A stretch of 17,022 bases of DNA from the NCBI GenBank assembly GCA_029932645.1, contig JAOZPR010000008.1, forward strand, positions 10,827 to 27,848, in the 5' to 3' direction. Under the pieces are notes generated by a model. It saw nothing but the letters and a program-made list of their open reading frames with translations. It made no database searches and was not told the DNA's origin. The stretch is from Candidatus Aenigmatarchaeota archaeon (GTDB lineage Archaea; Aenigmatarchaeota; Aenigmatarchaeia; GW2011-AR5; JAGGXF01). The position numbers were made by a program, and so were the translations under genes. Of the stretch, positions 1 through 6,960 are shown piece by piece. The number at the start of each line of letters is the position of its first letter. Position 1 is the first letter of the stretch.

Positions 1-1
1 A

Positions 2-103
2 TGGGCCCACCCAGATTTGAACTGGGGTCTGAAGCTCCCAAAGCTCCGATGTTTGCCGTCCGGCGCTTCGCGCCAAACCCTAACCAAGCTACACCATGAG
101 CCC
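2..103 (-). tRNA. tRNA-Pro(TGG) with a 28-nt non-canonical intron at the D-loop/D-stem junction (about 52/53..79/80)
   Basis: The reverse complement folds as acceptor GGGCTCA/TGGGCCC-A, D-arm GTGT-AGCTTGGTTA-[insert]-(A/G)CAT, anticodon arm GGAGC-TTTGGGA-GCTTC (TGG) and T-arm CCCAG-TTCAAAT-CTGGG. Removing 28 nt restores a standard cloverleaf. CCA is not encoded. Confidence 0.93.
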
Positions 104-129
104 ATTGCTACGTAAGATTTATAGCGCTA

Positions 130-150
130 AAAGACTTTTAAAACTTTTTA
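130..150. promoter_or_regulatory. Putative bidirectional TATA box (TTTTAAAA, 136-143) for tRNA-Pro (-) and the methyltransferase (+)
   Basis: Palindromic TTTTAAAA has A-rich BRE-like flanks on both strands. It lies about 22 nt before ATG 165 and about 32 nt from the tRNA 5' end. Confidence 0.5.
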
Positions 151-164
151 AGCCAACTCTAATC

Positions 165-974
165 ATGAACCTCAAACAGGCGCTGGAAAAAAAAGGTATC
201 AAAGGCGCTCCAAAGAGCTTTGACCAAGTCGGCTGTATAGCCATAATAGAGATACCAGAGGAGCTCAAAAGGCACGAGAAAGTCATCGGCAATACTTTTT
301 TAGAGCTGCATAAGAACATAAAAACCGTGTTCAAGAAGGCGTCGCCGCGTTCTGGTCAGTATCGCCTGAGAAAACTTAAGCTCATCGCCGGTGCCAATAA
401 ATCAATAACAGAGCATAAAGAATCCGGCTGTCGGTTTTTGGTAAACGTAAGGACATGCTACTTTTCGCCGAGAGAAGGAACAGAACGTATGCGCATCGCT
501 GAAAAGGTAAGGAAAGGCGAGCGTGTTATGATCTTCTTCGCAGGCATGGGACCGTCTCCGATAATAATCAGTAAGAAGACAAAGGCTTCGGATGTTATCG
601 GCATAGAAATTAATCCGGCCTGCGTTAGATATTTTCGGCGCAATATTGCGCTGAACAAGACTCATAATATTAAAGTCATTCAAGGCGACGTTAAAAAAGA
701 GGCCAAGAAATATTATGGTTCATGCGACCGCGTTGCGATGCCTCTGCCTGAAACAGGATACAAATATCTCAGCCACGCAATAAGATGCCTCAAGCCAAAA
801 GGCATCGTCCATTTCTATTTTATTTCCCATGAAAATGAAATTAATAAATGGAAGAAGATTGTGCGCAGAGAAGCGTCAAAACTGAAAAAAAAAGCGAAAA
901 TAAAAGAGAAAAAAAAGATTCTGCCTTATGGTCCCGGCATTTATAAGTGGCGCATTGATTTTACTGTTTTTTGA
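165..974 (+). CDS. Trm5/Met-10+ family class I SAM-dependent tRNA methyltransferase, Trm5a/Taw21-like, lacking the D1 domain
   Basis: Motifs HKESGCRF-V-V---YFSPR---ER, GERVMIFFAG-GP, IEINP, GDV and DRVAMPLP (P-x-P in place of NLP). Start moved from 96 to ATG 165 because 96 lies inside the tRNA. Confidence 0.85.
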   Translation: MNLKQALEKKGIKGAPKSFDQVGCIAIIEIPEELKRHEKVIGNTFLELHKNIKTVFKKASPRSGQYRLRKLKLIAGANKSITEHKESGCRFLVNVRTCYFSPREGTERMRIAEKVRKGERVMIFFAGMGPSPIIISKKTKASDVIGIEINPACVRYFRRNIALNKTHNIKVIQGDVKKEAKKYYGSCDRVAMPLPETGYKYLSHAIRCLKPKGIVHFYFISHENEINKWKKIVRREASKLKKKAKIKEKKKILPYGPGIYKWRIDFTVF

Positions 975-1782
975 ATTTTGCATCAATAACAATATGATAT
1001 GTTCTAGGTGCGGTGCTTTTGACCTTCTTTTTTGTTATGATTCTGGTAAGAACAAATCCGTTTGCTTCGGCGCGTTTCCTTAGCTGTTCCAGCGGTTTTT
1101 CCCATAGCTCGCTCTGCTTGTAAACATTATGATAATGGATAATTCCCTTCTTCTTTAACAGCGAGAACGCTTTTGGTAGGAAGCGCTCTGTGCCAGGAAA
1201 ATAACCCATTATTATTCGGTCGGCCTTTTCTGGCAGCGTGGCAAAGCGGCAGTCGGCCATCATTGGCTTAATGTTTTTTATTTTATTTAAGGAAATGTTT
1301 TCTTTCAAGAATTTGAATGATGTTGGGTTTTTCTCTATGGCGTATATTTCTTTCGCTTTGCTGTTCTTGGCAATGCCTATCGAAAAATAGCCGATGCCCG
1401 CAAACATGTCTATGATTGTTTCGTTTGGCTTTATTTGGTTTATGAGCCGGCGACGCTCAGAGAGGTTGCCCTTGGAGAACATAATCTTTGCTACGTCTAT
1501 GCGATAGAGACAGCCATGCTCTTTGTGTGTTGTGGTGGTATTTTTATCCCCGGCTATAACTTCTGCTCGCGGTCTTCTATATTCTCCAGCAATGCCTTTT
1601 ATCATGCAAACCGTTCTTATGTATGGAAGCATCTCCAAAACCGCTTCGCCTATTTTCTTATGCTGCCCTGCTGTAGAGCCAAAGAGCTTGATTAATATTA
1701 TATCGCCGACCTTCTGGTAACTCGAAGGCAGTGCTTTCAGCGGCAGGCCTGTTTTCTCAGCGAGTTTTTGCTTAAAGGGCAT
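961..1782 (-). CDS. taw2: tRNA(Phe) 4-demethylwyosine aminocarboxypropyltransferase (TYW2/Taw2)
   Basis: Taw2-type signatures HKEHGCLYRIDVAKIMFSKGN--ER, DMFAGIGYF, IEKNP, ADRIIMGY and IIHYH. It is adjacent to taw1. Confidence 0.85.
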   Translation of the reverse strand: MPFKQKLAEKTGLPLKALPSSYQKVGDIILIKLFGSTAGQHKKIGEAVLEMLPYIRTVCMIKGIAGEYRRPRAEVIAGDKNTTTTHKEHGCLYRIDVAKIMFSKGNLSERRRLINQIKPNETIIDMFAGIGYFSIGIAKNSKAKEIYAIEKNPTSFKFLKENISLNKIKNIKPMMADCRFATLPEKADRIIMGYFPGTERFLPKAFSLLKKKGIIHYHNVYKQSELWEKPLEQLRKRAEANGFVLTRIITKKKVKSTAPRTYHIVIDAKFKKQ

Positions 1783-1815
1783 ATTTAAAATCTTTTTTCA
1801 AAAGATTTAACTATT
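1783..1815. promoter_or_regulatory. 33-bp divergent promoter region between taw2 and taw1 containing a 9-bp inverted repeat
   Basis: AAATCTTTT(1788-1796)-TTC-AAAAGATTT(1800-1808). TATA-like TTTAAAA at 1784-1790 (+) and TTAAAT at 1810-1805 (-) each lie about 23-25 nt from the ATG they would serve. Confidence 0.55.
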
Positions 1816-2733
1816 ATGATACTGACAAAAGAAGACATTACAAGGCTGGAAAAGGCTGGATACAGGTTTGTAGGCCCGTCAAAGCACTCAGCAGTTAAAA
1901 TATGCAGCTGGACACGCGAGGCTATTCGAGGCAAAAATTTCTGCTACAAGCAGAAGTTCTATGGTATTGCCTCGCACCGCTGCCTCCAGATGACACCAGC
2001 CCTGCCATTTTGTACGCAACGTTGCCAGTTTTGCTGGCGTGACACCACGATAACATACCCAGAATGGACTGGCCCAGTAGACGATCCCAAAGACATACTG
2101 GACGGTGCAATAGAGGCGCAGCGTGAAATCTTGCAGGGATTCAAAGGTAATCCAAACGCAGATATGGAAAAGTTTGAAGAAGCAATGAGCCCAAATCAAG
2201 TCGCCATATCACTAGCAGGCGAGCCCACGTTGTATCCAAAGCTGCCCGAGTTCGTAGACCTCGTGAACAGCAGGGGCATGACATCGTTTCTCGTGACAAA
2301 TGGAACAAATCCTGATATGATTGAGAGGCTCTTGGAACACCAGCCTTATCAGCTATACATAACCCTGGCTGCTCCTGATGAAGCTACCTACAAAAAAACA
2401 TGTTGCCCCATAATCAATGACGGCTGGTCTCGGCTAATGACATCATTATCCATGCTCAACCAGTTCAATCGTTCTGTCATAAGGCTCACGCTTGTCAAGG
2501 GGCTAAACATGACAAGCCCTGAAAAATACGCAGAGCATATAGAGAAAGCCGGGCCAAAATTCGTGGAGGCAAAGGCATACATGGCTGTTGGATATTCGCG
2601 CGAACGCTTGGGTTTGCCATACATGCCGCAGCACTCGGAAATTCGAGAGTTTGCTGAAAAGATAGAACAGAACTCTTCCTACAGAATCAAAGACGAGAAG
2701 ACAGACAGCAGGGTTGTTTTACTGATGAAGTGA
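1816..2733 (+). CDS. taw1: Radical SAM 4-demethylwyosine synthase (TYW1/Taw1)
   Basis: HSAVKICSWT, CYKQKFYGIASHRCLQMTP, the CxxxCxxC motif (CTQRCQFC), AISLAGEP, FLVTNG and EAKAYM-VG-SR. Confidence 0.96.
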   Translation: MILTKEDITRLEKAGYRFVGPSKHSAVKICSWTREAIRGKNFCYKQKFYGIASHRCLQMTPALPFCTQRCQFCWRDTTITYPEWTGPVDDPKDILDGAIEAQREILQGFKGNPNADMEKFEEAMSPNQVAISLAGEPTLYPKLPEFVDLVNSRGMTSFLVTNGTNPDMIERLLEHQPYQLYITLAAPDEATYKKTCCPIINDGWSRLMTSLSMLNQFNRSVIRLTLVKGLNMTSPEKYAEHIEKAGPKFVEAKAYMAVGYSRERLGLPYMPQHSEIREFAEKIEQNSSYRIKDEKTDSRVVLLMK

Positions 2734-2779
2734 ATTTTATCACTTAAAAGTAGTCTATTTAAATTTTGATGTCTAATTA

Positions 2780-3541
2780 ATGGACATGAAAGAAGAGACT
2801 AAGTCAAAGGGGTATGTCTTTTTCGTAGACTATAACTTTCTTCTTGTCGATGGATGGAATGAAATAGCTGTCTTATGGCAGTGGGCTCTAGATAACGTAC
2901 GCAATAAAAAAACAAGAATAGGTAAAATAAACGGCTTTTTTGAAGGAATTTACACAGGTTTAGATGGGTTATACAATACAATAAAGTATTTTAAGAATGA
3001 TGATTTTTCAGATTTCCTAAAATTTTTTAGTAAATATAACGGCGTCAAACCAGACTATGATAAAAAATCAGTTCTTGATAAATTATTACCATTCCCTATA
3101 AAACCCGAGCTAATGCCTAATGTTAGAGAATTTCTTGAGCATGTAAATAAGGTAGGAAAAGTGAATATTTTATCGAATGGTATAAAAGAATTTTTTGAAC
3201 CTTATTTAGAGGAGAAGGGTATTAAACACATGTTTGATAATATATATGCAAATAGCATAAAAGCTGCTAAAGAGGGCAAAATTGAATTAAAAAATGTGGA
3301 AGCTAAGAGAGAGCTCATAAAAGAATTATACCCAAGCCAAGATTTAAGTCGTGTTGTTTACATCGGCGATAAAAGAGATAGAAAAGTTATAGAGTATGTC
3401 GCCAAACATGGTGGCAAGGCTTTCATGCTTTCTAAGAAGGAAGGCGAAGAAATAATATATAAATGGCACAATGACATTGGAGACCATAAGAAAACTTTTT
3501 ACTATATAAAAAGTCTAAAAAATGTTTTTGAGCATCTTTGA
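2780..3541 (+). CDS. HAD-superfamily hydrolase, divergent
   Basis: Motif I FFVDYN (DxN), motif II ILSNG, a Lys motif (AKRELI) and motif IV YIGDKRD. The gene is AT-rich. Confidence 0.6.
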   Translation: MDMKEETKSKGYVFFVDYNFLLVDGWNEIAVLWQWALDNVRNKKTRIGKINGFFEGIYTGLDGLYNTIKYFKNDDFSDFLKFFSKYNGVKPDYDKKSVLDKLLPFPIKPELMPNVREFLEHVNKVGKVNILSNGIKEFFEPYLEEKGIKHMFDNIYANSIKAAKEGKIELKNVEAKRELIKELYPSQDLSRVVYIGDKRDRKVIEYVAKHGGKAFMLSKKEGEEIIYKWHNDIGDHKKTFYYIKSLKNVFEHL

Positions 3542-3551
3542 TACTGAAAAG

Positions 3552-4064
3552 TTATTTTTCAACAGTTTTCTTTCCCCTTTCCTGCGGTACGATTCTTATT
3601 CGTCCGCCAGAGAATTCTTTGTCGAGTTCTTTGCCTTTGAAGTATTCGTGAAGGAAGATAGCCAATGCCGCAACCTCGGAGTGCGGCTGGCTTGTCACGG
3701 CGATGTTATAATCAACAAGCTGATAGATTTCGGAAGGCACCTTTTCGCCGCCTACGACGACAAGAACATCTTTCTTCTGCCCGATTTCTTTTATTTTCTT
3801 CTGCACGGGTAAACCGTACATGGTTAGGTGAACAGAAACACCAGGAAAATTCTTAATAACTTTTTTCCAGTTTTTTTCATAACTGACTTGAAAACTGCCG
3901 CCCCATTCTTTCGTAACTTCTTTTATACTTTCAATGAGCTTTTCATCATGCTCGCCGCTCATTATAACAGAATCAGCGCCGAGCGCACGTGCTGTCAAGC
4001 CAACGTGCGTGCTCAATCGTGCATCTCTTCCGGGGCGATGACCAAGACGAAGAATTGTTATCAT
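3552..4064 (-). CDS. trm56: tRNA (cytidine(56)-2'-O)-methyltransferase, SPOUT family (aTrm56)
   Basis: [36 protein letters not shown] and [13 protein letters not shown]. Confidence 0.96.
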   Translation of the reverse strand: MITILRLGHRPGRDARLSTHVGLTARALGADSVIMSGEHDEKLIESIKEVTKEWGGSFQVSYEKNWKKVIKNFPGVSVHLTMYGLPVQKKIKEIGQKKDVLVVVGGEKVPSEIYQLVDYNIAVTSQPHSEVAALAIFLHEYFKGKELDKEFSGGRIRIVPQERGKKTVEK

Positions 4065-4076
4065 TTATTACACCTA

Positions 4077-4490
4077 TCATATTGAAAGCAATACCAGTGC
4101 TATTGCGCCGAGCGCCACACCCAGCATTTTCATGATTGTTATTTTTTCGCCCAGAAACAGAACCGCTATTATTACTGTTACAATTAGGCTCATGTTCCTT
4201 ATCGGCGTGACTATCGCGACCTTGCCGGTTTGTATCGCGATGACAAAAGACGTCATCCCAACAACCGCCAACAAAGATACGGTTATCAAAAGAATAATAT
4301 TTTGTGTTGATATCTGCATAATGGATGCTATTTGATTTCTCAACAACAGGAAAACACCAGTTATTACAGTGCTGAACAGATAGACTGTGAAAACGAGCAG
4401 GTATGGATCGACCTTAATGAGCTTGTATATTATCGCTGTTATACCAAATACCACGGTTGATATCAATGCAAAAATTATAGCTTGTTCCAC
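4077..4490 (-). CDS. EamA/DMT family small membrane transporter (single domain)
   Basis: Entirely hydrophobic helices with the EamA pattern GKVAIVTPI...VLFLGEKIT---LG. GTG start. It ends 12 nt before trm56, so the two are probably co-transcribed. Confidence 0.85.
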   Translation of the reverse strand: MEQAIIFALISTVVFGITAIIYKLIKVDPYLLVFTVYLFSTVITGVFLLLRNQIASIMQISTQNIILLITVSLLAVVGMTSFVIAIQTGKVAIVTPIRNMSLIVTVIIAVLFLGEKITIMKMLGVALGAIALVLLSI

Positions 4491-4535
4491 ACCAGCACCC
4501 AGTTAAAAAAATTAACATAAACAGATTTAAAACGA

Positions 4536-5570
4536 TTACAAATTGTAGATGGCCTTTGGTGTTATCTTTTTATTATCAATTCTGAACCATTCGAGCCAGA
4601 ACAAGTGTTCCCTGTGGCCACGGCATTTGTTCTGACCGCCGCGCCCAAAGTTGTTTCCGTTGGCTATATGCGCAACGCCAAGCAGCTTTTCATCAGTTAT
4701 GCTAAGGCCAATCAGCCTTCCTGGTATCAGGCCTATACCAAACTCTGCTATGGTTTTTATCGCTTCCGGCCGCATTCCACTTCTTGCATTTATTACAGAG
4801 AAATGATGCAGGTCTTCTTGTATCCTACCAACAACCTCGCTGTCCCCCTCTATGTCTTCTATCAGACCGTTCTCTATTTTCATCACGACCTTTTTCACAT
4901 CAACGGTTTCCGGGCCTATTTTAACACTTATGTCAATAACAGCCTTTCCATTGACGCTGTTCTCAATAGGGAACAGAACAACATCGCCTGCTGGTAGGTT
5001 TCCGCCTGTACCTGGCCTGTCGAACTTACCAGAGTTGAACCACGCCTTTCGGTCGGTCGCAGAACAGCTAATTCTCGTTCCATTGACACCCTTAATTTCA
5101 AATTTGTCTCCGCTGGAAAGTAGTTCTTTCAGCGCATTGCCAGCTTTTCTCATATGTTCTGTGTCAAATGTAAGCATATTCAGCAGGTCATGCTCCCGAT
5201 CCTTTCTGAGGCTGAGCAGCCCTGTCATTGATGCAAATCTCGCGCCCTTCTGCCTGATGAACAAGCGCAGACCTTTTTCAAAGAACGGATAAAGGCTGCC
5301 AAGCTTGTGGTTCAGGCATATAAACAGGCAGTCGCCTTTTCGAAGCTTTTCGAGCGCTCCCTTCACTTTTTGGTCGCAAGGACCGGAATCTATCGCGCGC
5401 TGCCTTATAAATTCAGAATCAATCTTCTCAGAATTCGCATAGTCGTAGACGTTCTTACTTATTTTACCGACGAACCCGCGGCTTGTGTCGGTTATAACAA
5501 AAAGCCGCTGCCCCTGTCCAACATGCAAATATTTTTTCAGAATTATCTCAGCAGCTTTTTCATAGGGCAT
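4536..5570 (-). CDS. Peptidase M29 (aminopeptidase T / thermophilic metalloprotease)-like protein
   Basis: GGNLPAGDV, NGKAVID, IENG-I--IEG, IAEFGIG, DEKLLG-AHIA-G-N---GG and H-x-E near the C-terminus. The start is more likely ATG 5570 than 5621. Confidence 0.8.
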   Translation of the reverse strand: MPYEKAAEIILKKYLHVGQGQRLFVITDTSRGFVGKISKNVYDYANSEKIDSEFIRQRAIDSGPCDQKVKGALEKLRKGDCLFICLNHKLGSLYPFFEKGLRLFIRQKGARFASMTGLLSLRKDREHDLLNMLTFDTEHMRKAGNALKELLSSGDKFEIKGVNGTRISCSATDRKAWFNSGKFDRPGTGGNLPAGDVVLFPIENSVNGKAVIDISVKIGPETVDVKKVVMKIENGLIEDIEGDSEVVGRIQEDLHHFSVINARSGMRPEAIKTIAEFGIGLIPGRLIGLSITDEKLLGVAHIANGNNFGRGGQNKCRGHREHLFWLEWFRIDNKKITPKAIYNL

Positions 5571-5666
5571 GTTTTTATTTTGTCGCAAGGATTTAAGAAC
5601 ATTTAAAAGCATACTCGACATATAATTTATAGTAAGAGCTGTTGGGCTAGTCTTTCTATTTTGAAT

Positions 5667-6557
5667 ATGATTAATTCAGAAGACATATCTGTTATAATGC
5701 CTTATTATAATGTCCCAATAGATTATGCGAGACAAGCTATAGAAAGTGTAATAGGTGAAAAAAGACCAAAAGCTAATCTAGTTTTGGTGAATGACGGGTC
5801 AAGTCCCCAATTCACCGGTCCTCTTGAGGAAATTGTAACTGAATTAGAAAAATATGAAAAGCCAATAACGTATATAAAATTAAATAAAAACAGGGGACTC
5901 CCGGCGGCAATAAATAAAGGAGTTTGTGAATCTTCTAAATATTTTATATGGGTGGATCCCGATGACATAGTTAATATCCATGGTGCTGTTTCTCGACTTT
6001 ACAGAAAATTCAAAAATGGTTGTAATGCGGTAATATCTGATCAATTATATGTGGATAATAGTATGAAAAGGGTGATTGCAAATAGAAAGAAAGGGCCTCT
6101 TCTAGAACTTTGGAATAAATATAAAAATACGATTTATGACCCCATTCTTCATTTTTCTTTCTTTGGTGCTCTACGAGCTTTTGAAAAAGGTTTTTTTGAA
6201 TCCATAGGTGGTATGGATGAAAAAATAAAATTTGCTGAAGACCACGATTTGTGGGTTAGGGCAACAGAACTTACTAATTTTCATATCTCTAATATACCCG
6301 AATCACTCTATATACATAGAAATAACCCAAATAGTATACGGAATTCACATTTTAAAGAAATCATAGAAATCACCGAATCGTTTTTACACAAAGCCTTAGA
6401 AAGACGGGAAATAGAGGGAACAGCCAAATATTTGGGTAAAGTAAAATTACCTCAGGGATATTATCATAGTTTTTTTGACATAAAAACTGAGAAAGGCATC
6501 GTATCTCCTCCTTATTTAGATAGACAGAGAATGTCTTTTAAACCAAGTTATTTTTGA
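5667..6557 (+). CDS. Glycosyltransferase family 2 (GT-A fold)
   Basis: ISVIMPYYN, LVNDGS, NRGLPAAINKG, DPDD and EDHDLW-R. AT-rich. TTG 5661 is an alternative start. Confidence 0.9.
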   Translation: MINSEDISVIMPYYNVPIDYARQAIESVIGEKRPKANLVLVNDGSSPQFTGPLEEIVTELEKYEKPITYIKLNKNRGLPAAINKGVCESSKYFIWVDPDDIVNIHGAVSRLYRKFKNGCNAVISDQLYVDNSMKRVIANRKKGPLLELWNKYKNTIYDPILHFSFFGALRAFEKGFFESIGGMDEKIKFAEDHDLWVRATELTNFHISNIPESLYIHRNNPNSIRNSHFKEIIEITESFLHKALERREIEGTAKYLGKVKLPQGYYHSFFDIKTEKGIVSPPYLDRQRMSFKPSYF

Positions 6558-6561
6558 TTTC

Positions 6562-6574
6562 AAAACAAAAAAAA
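6562..6574 (-). terminator. Oligo-T terminator downstream of tRNA-Gln
   Basis: The minus strand reads TTTTTTTTGTTTT a few nt after the discriminator base. Confidence 0.55.
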
Positions 6575-6579
6575 GGATA

Positions 6580-6730
6580 TAGCCCCGGCAGGAATTTCAG
6601 AACCTTCTTACATAATATATTTTTTCGATTGAAACTTTTTGCCTATAATTCTTTTTTGCAAAAAAGGCTCATTTGAACCTGCGTCCCAGGTTCCAAAGAC
6701 CTGTATCCTTGGCCGCTAGACTACGGGGCT
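6580..6730 (-). tRNA. tRNA-Gln(TTG) with a 78-nt intron at position 59/60 (intron 6594..6671)
   Basis: Acceptor AGCCCCG/CGGGGCT-A (A1-U72, typical of archaeal tRNA-Gln), D-arm GTCT...GGAT, anticodon arm CAGGT-CTTTGGA-ACCTG and T-arm GCAGG-TTCAAA^T-CCTGC. The intron junctions form a strict BHB, and the mature length is 73 nt. Confidence 0.95.
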
Positions 6731-6760
6731 ATTGCTGTGAATATTTAATGAAAATAATCA

Positions 6761-6778
6761 TATTTAAATAAATTTTCT
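6761..6778 (-). promoter_or_regulatory. TATA box / BRE of tRNA-Gln
   Basis: The minus strand reads AGAAAATTTA-TTTAAATA about 30 nt upstream of the tRNA 5' end. Confidence 0.5.
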
Positions 6779-6907
6779 CTCAAATAGATATGCACAAAGG
6801 TGGGTCAGATGATCGGTGAACGTCAAACACTCGTGCGATAGCGAAGCATTGTTTTTTTCTAGTCCTCTTTGTTTCTGTTGCGATTTTGAAAATAAGTATA
6901 ACAAATA

Positions 6908-6945
6908 TAAACATCCCGTACGAATAATTACACTAGGGATGTTTA
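6908..6945. repeat. 10-bp inverted repeat immediately upstream of the thrS Shine-Dalgarno
   Basis: TAAACATCCC(6908-6917)-18 nt-GGGATGTTTA(6936-6945), followed by GGAGGT at 6948-6953. Confidence 0.7.
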
Positions 6946-6960
6946 ACGGAGGTTTTGAAG

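Noticed and set aside
96..164. N-terminal extension of the first ORF from ATG 96
   Set aside because: It overlaps tRNA-Pro and the promoter region. Family-like sequence begins at ATG 165.
4605..5292. Long + strand ORFs (4605..4997, 4852..5292) and similar antisense ORFs elsewhere (7200..8619, 10030..10497, 11773..12288, 14821..15210)
   Set aside because: These are shadow frames opposite well-supported genes and have no recognisable motifs.
5622..6579. Integrated element (attL/attR) at tRNA-Gln
   Set aside because: No integrase and no direct repeat of the tRNA 3' end were found by eye.
6790..6860. Possible C/D-box sRNA or short ORF (MIGERQTLVR) between tRNA-Gln and thrS
   Set aside because: There is no proper RTGATGA/CTGA pair on one strand, and a 10-codon ORF is expected by chance.
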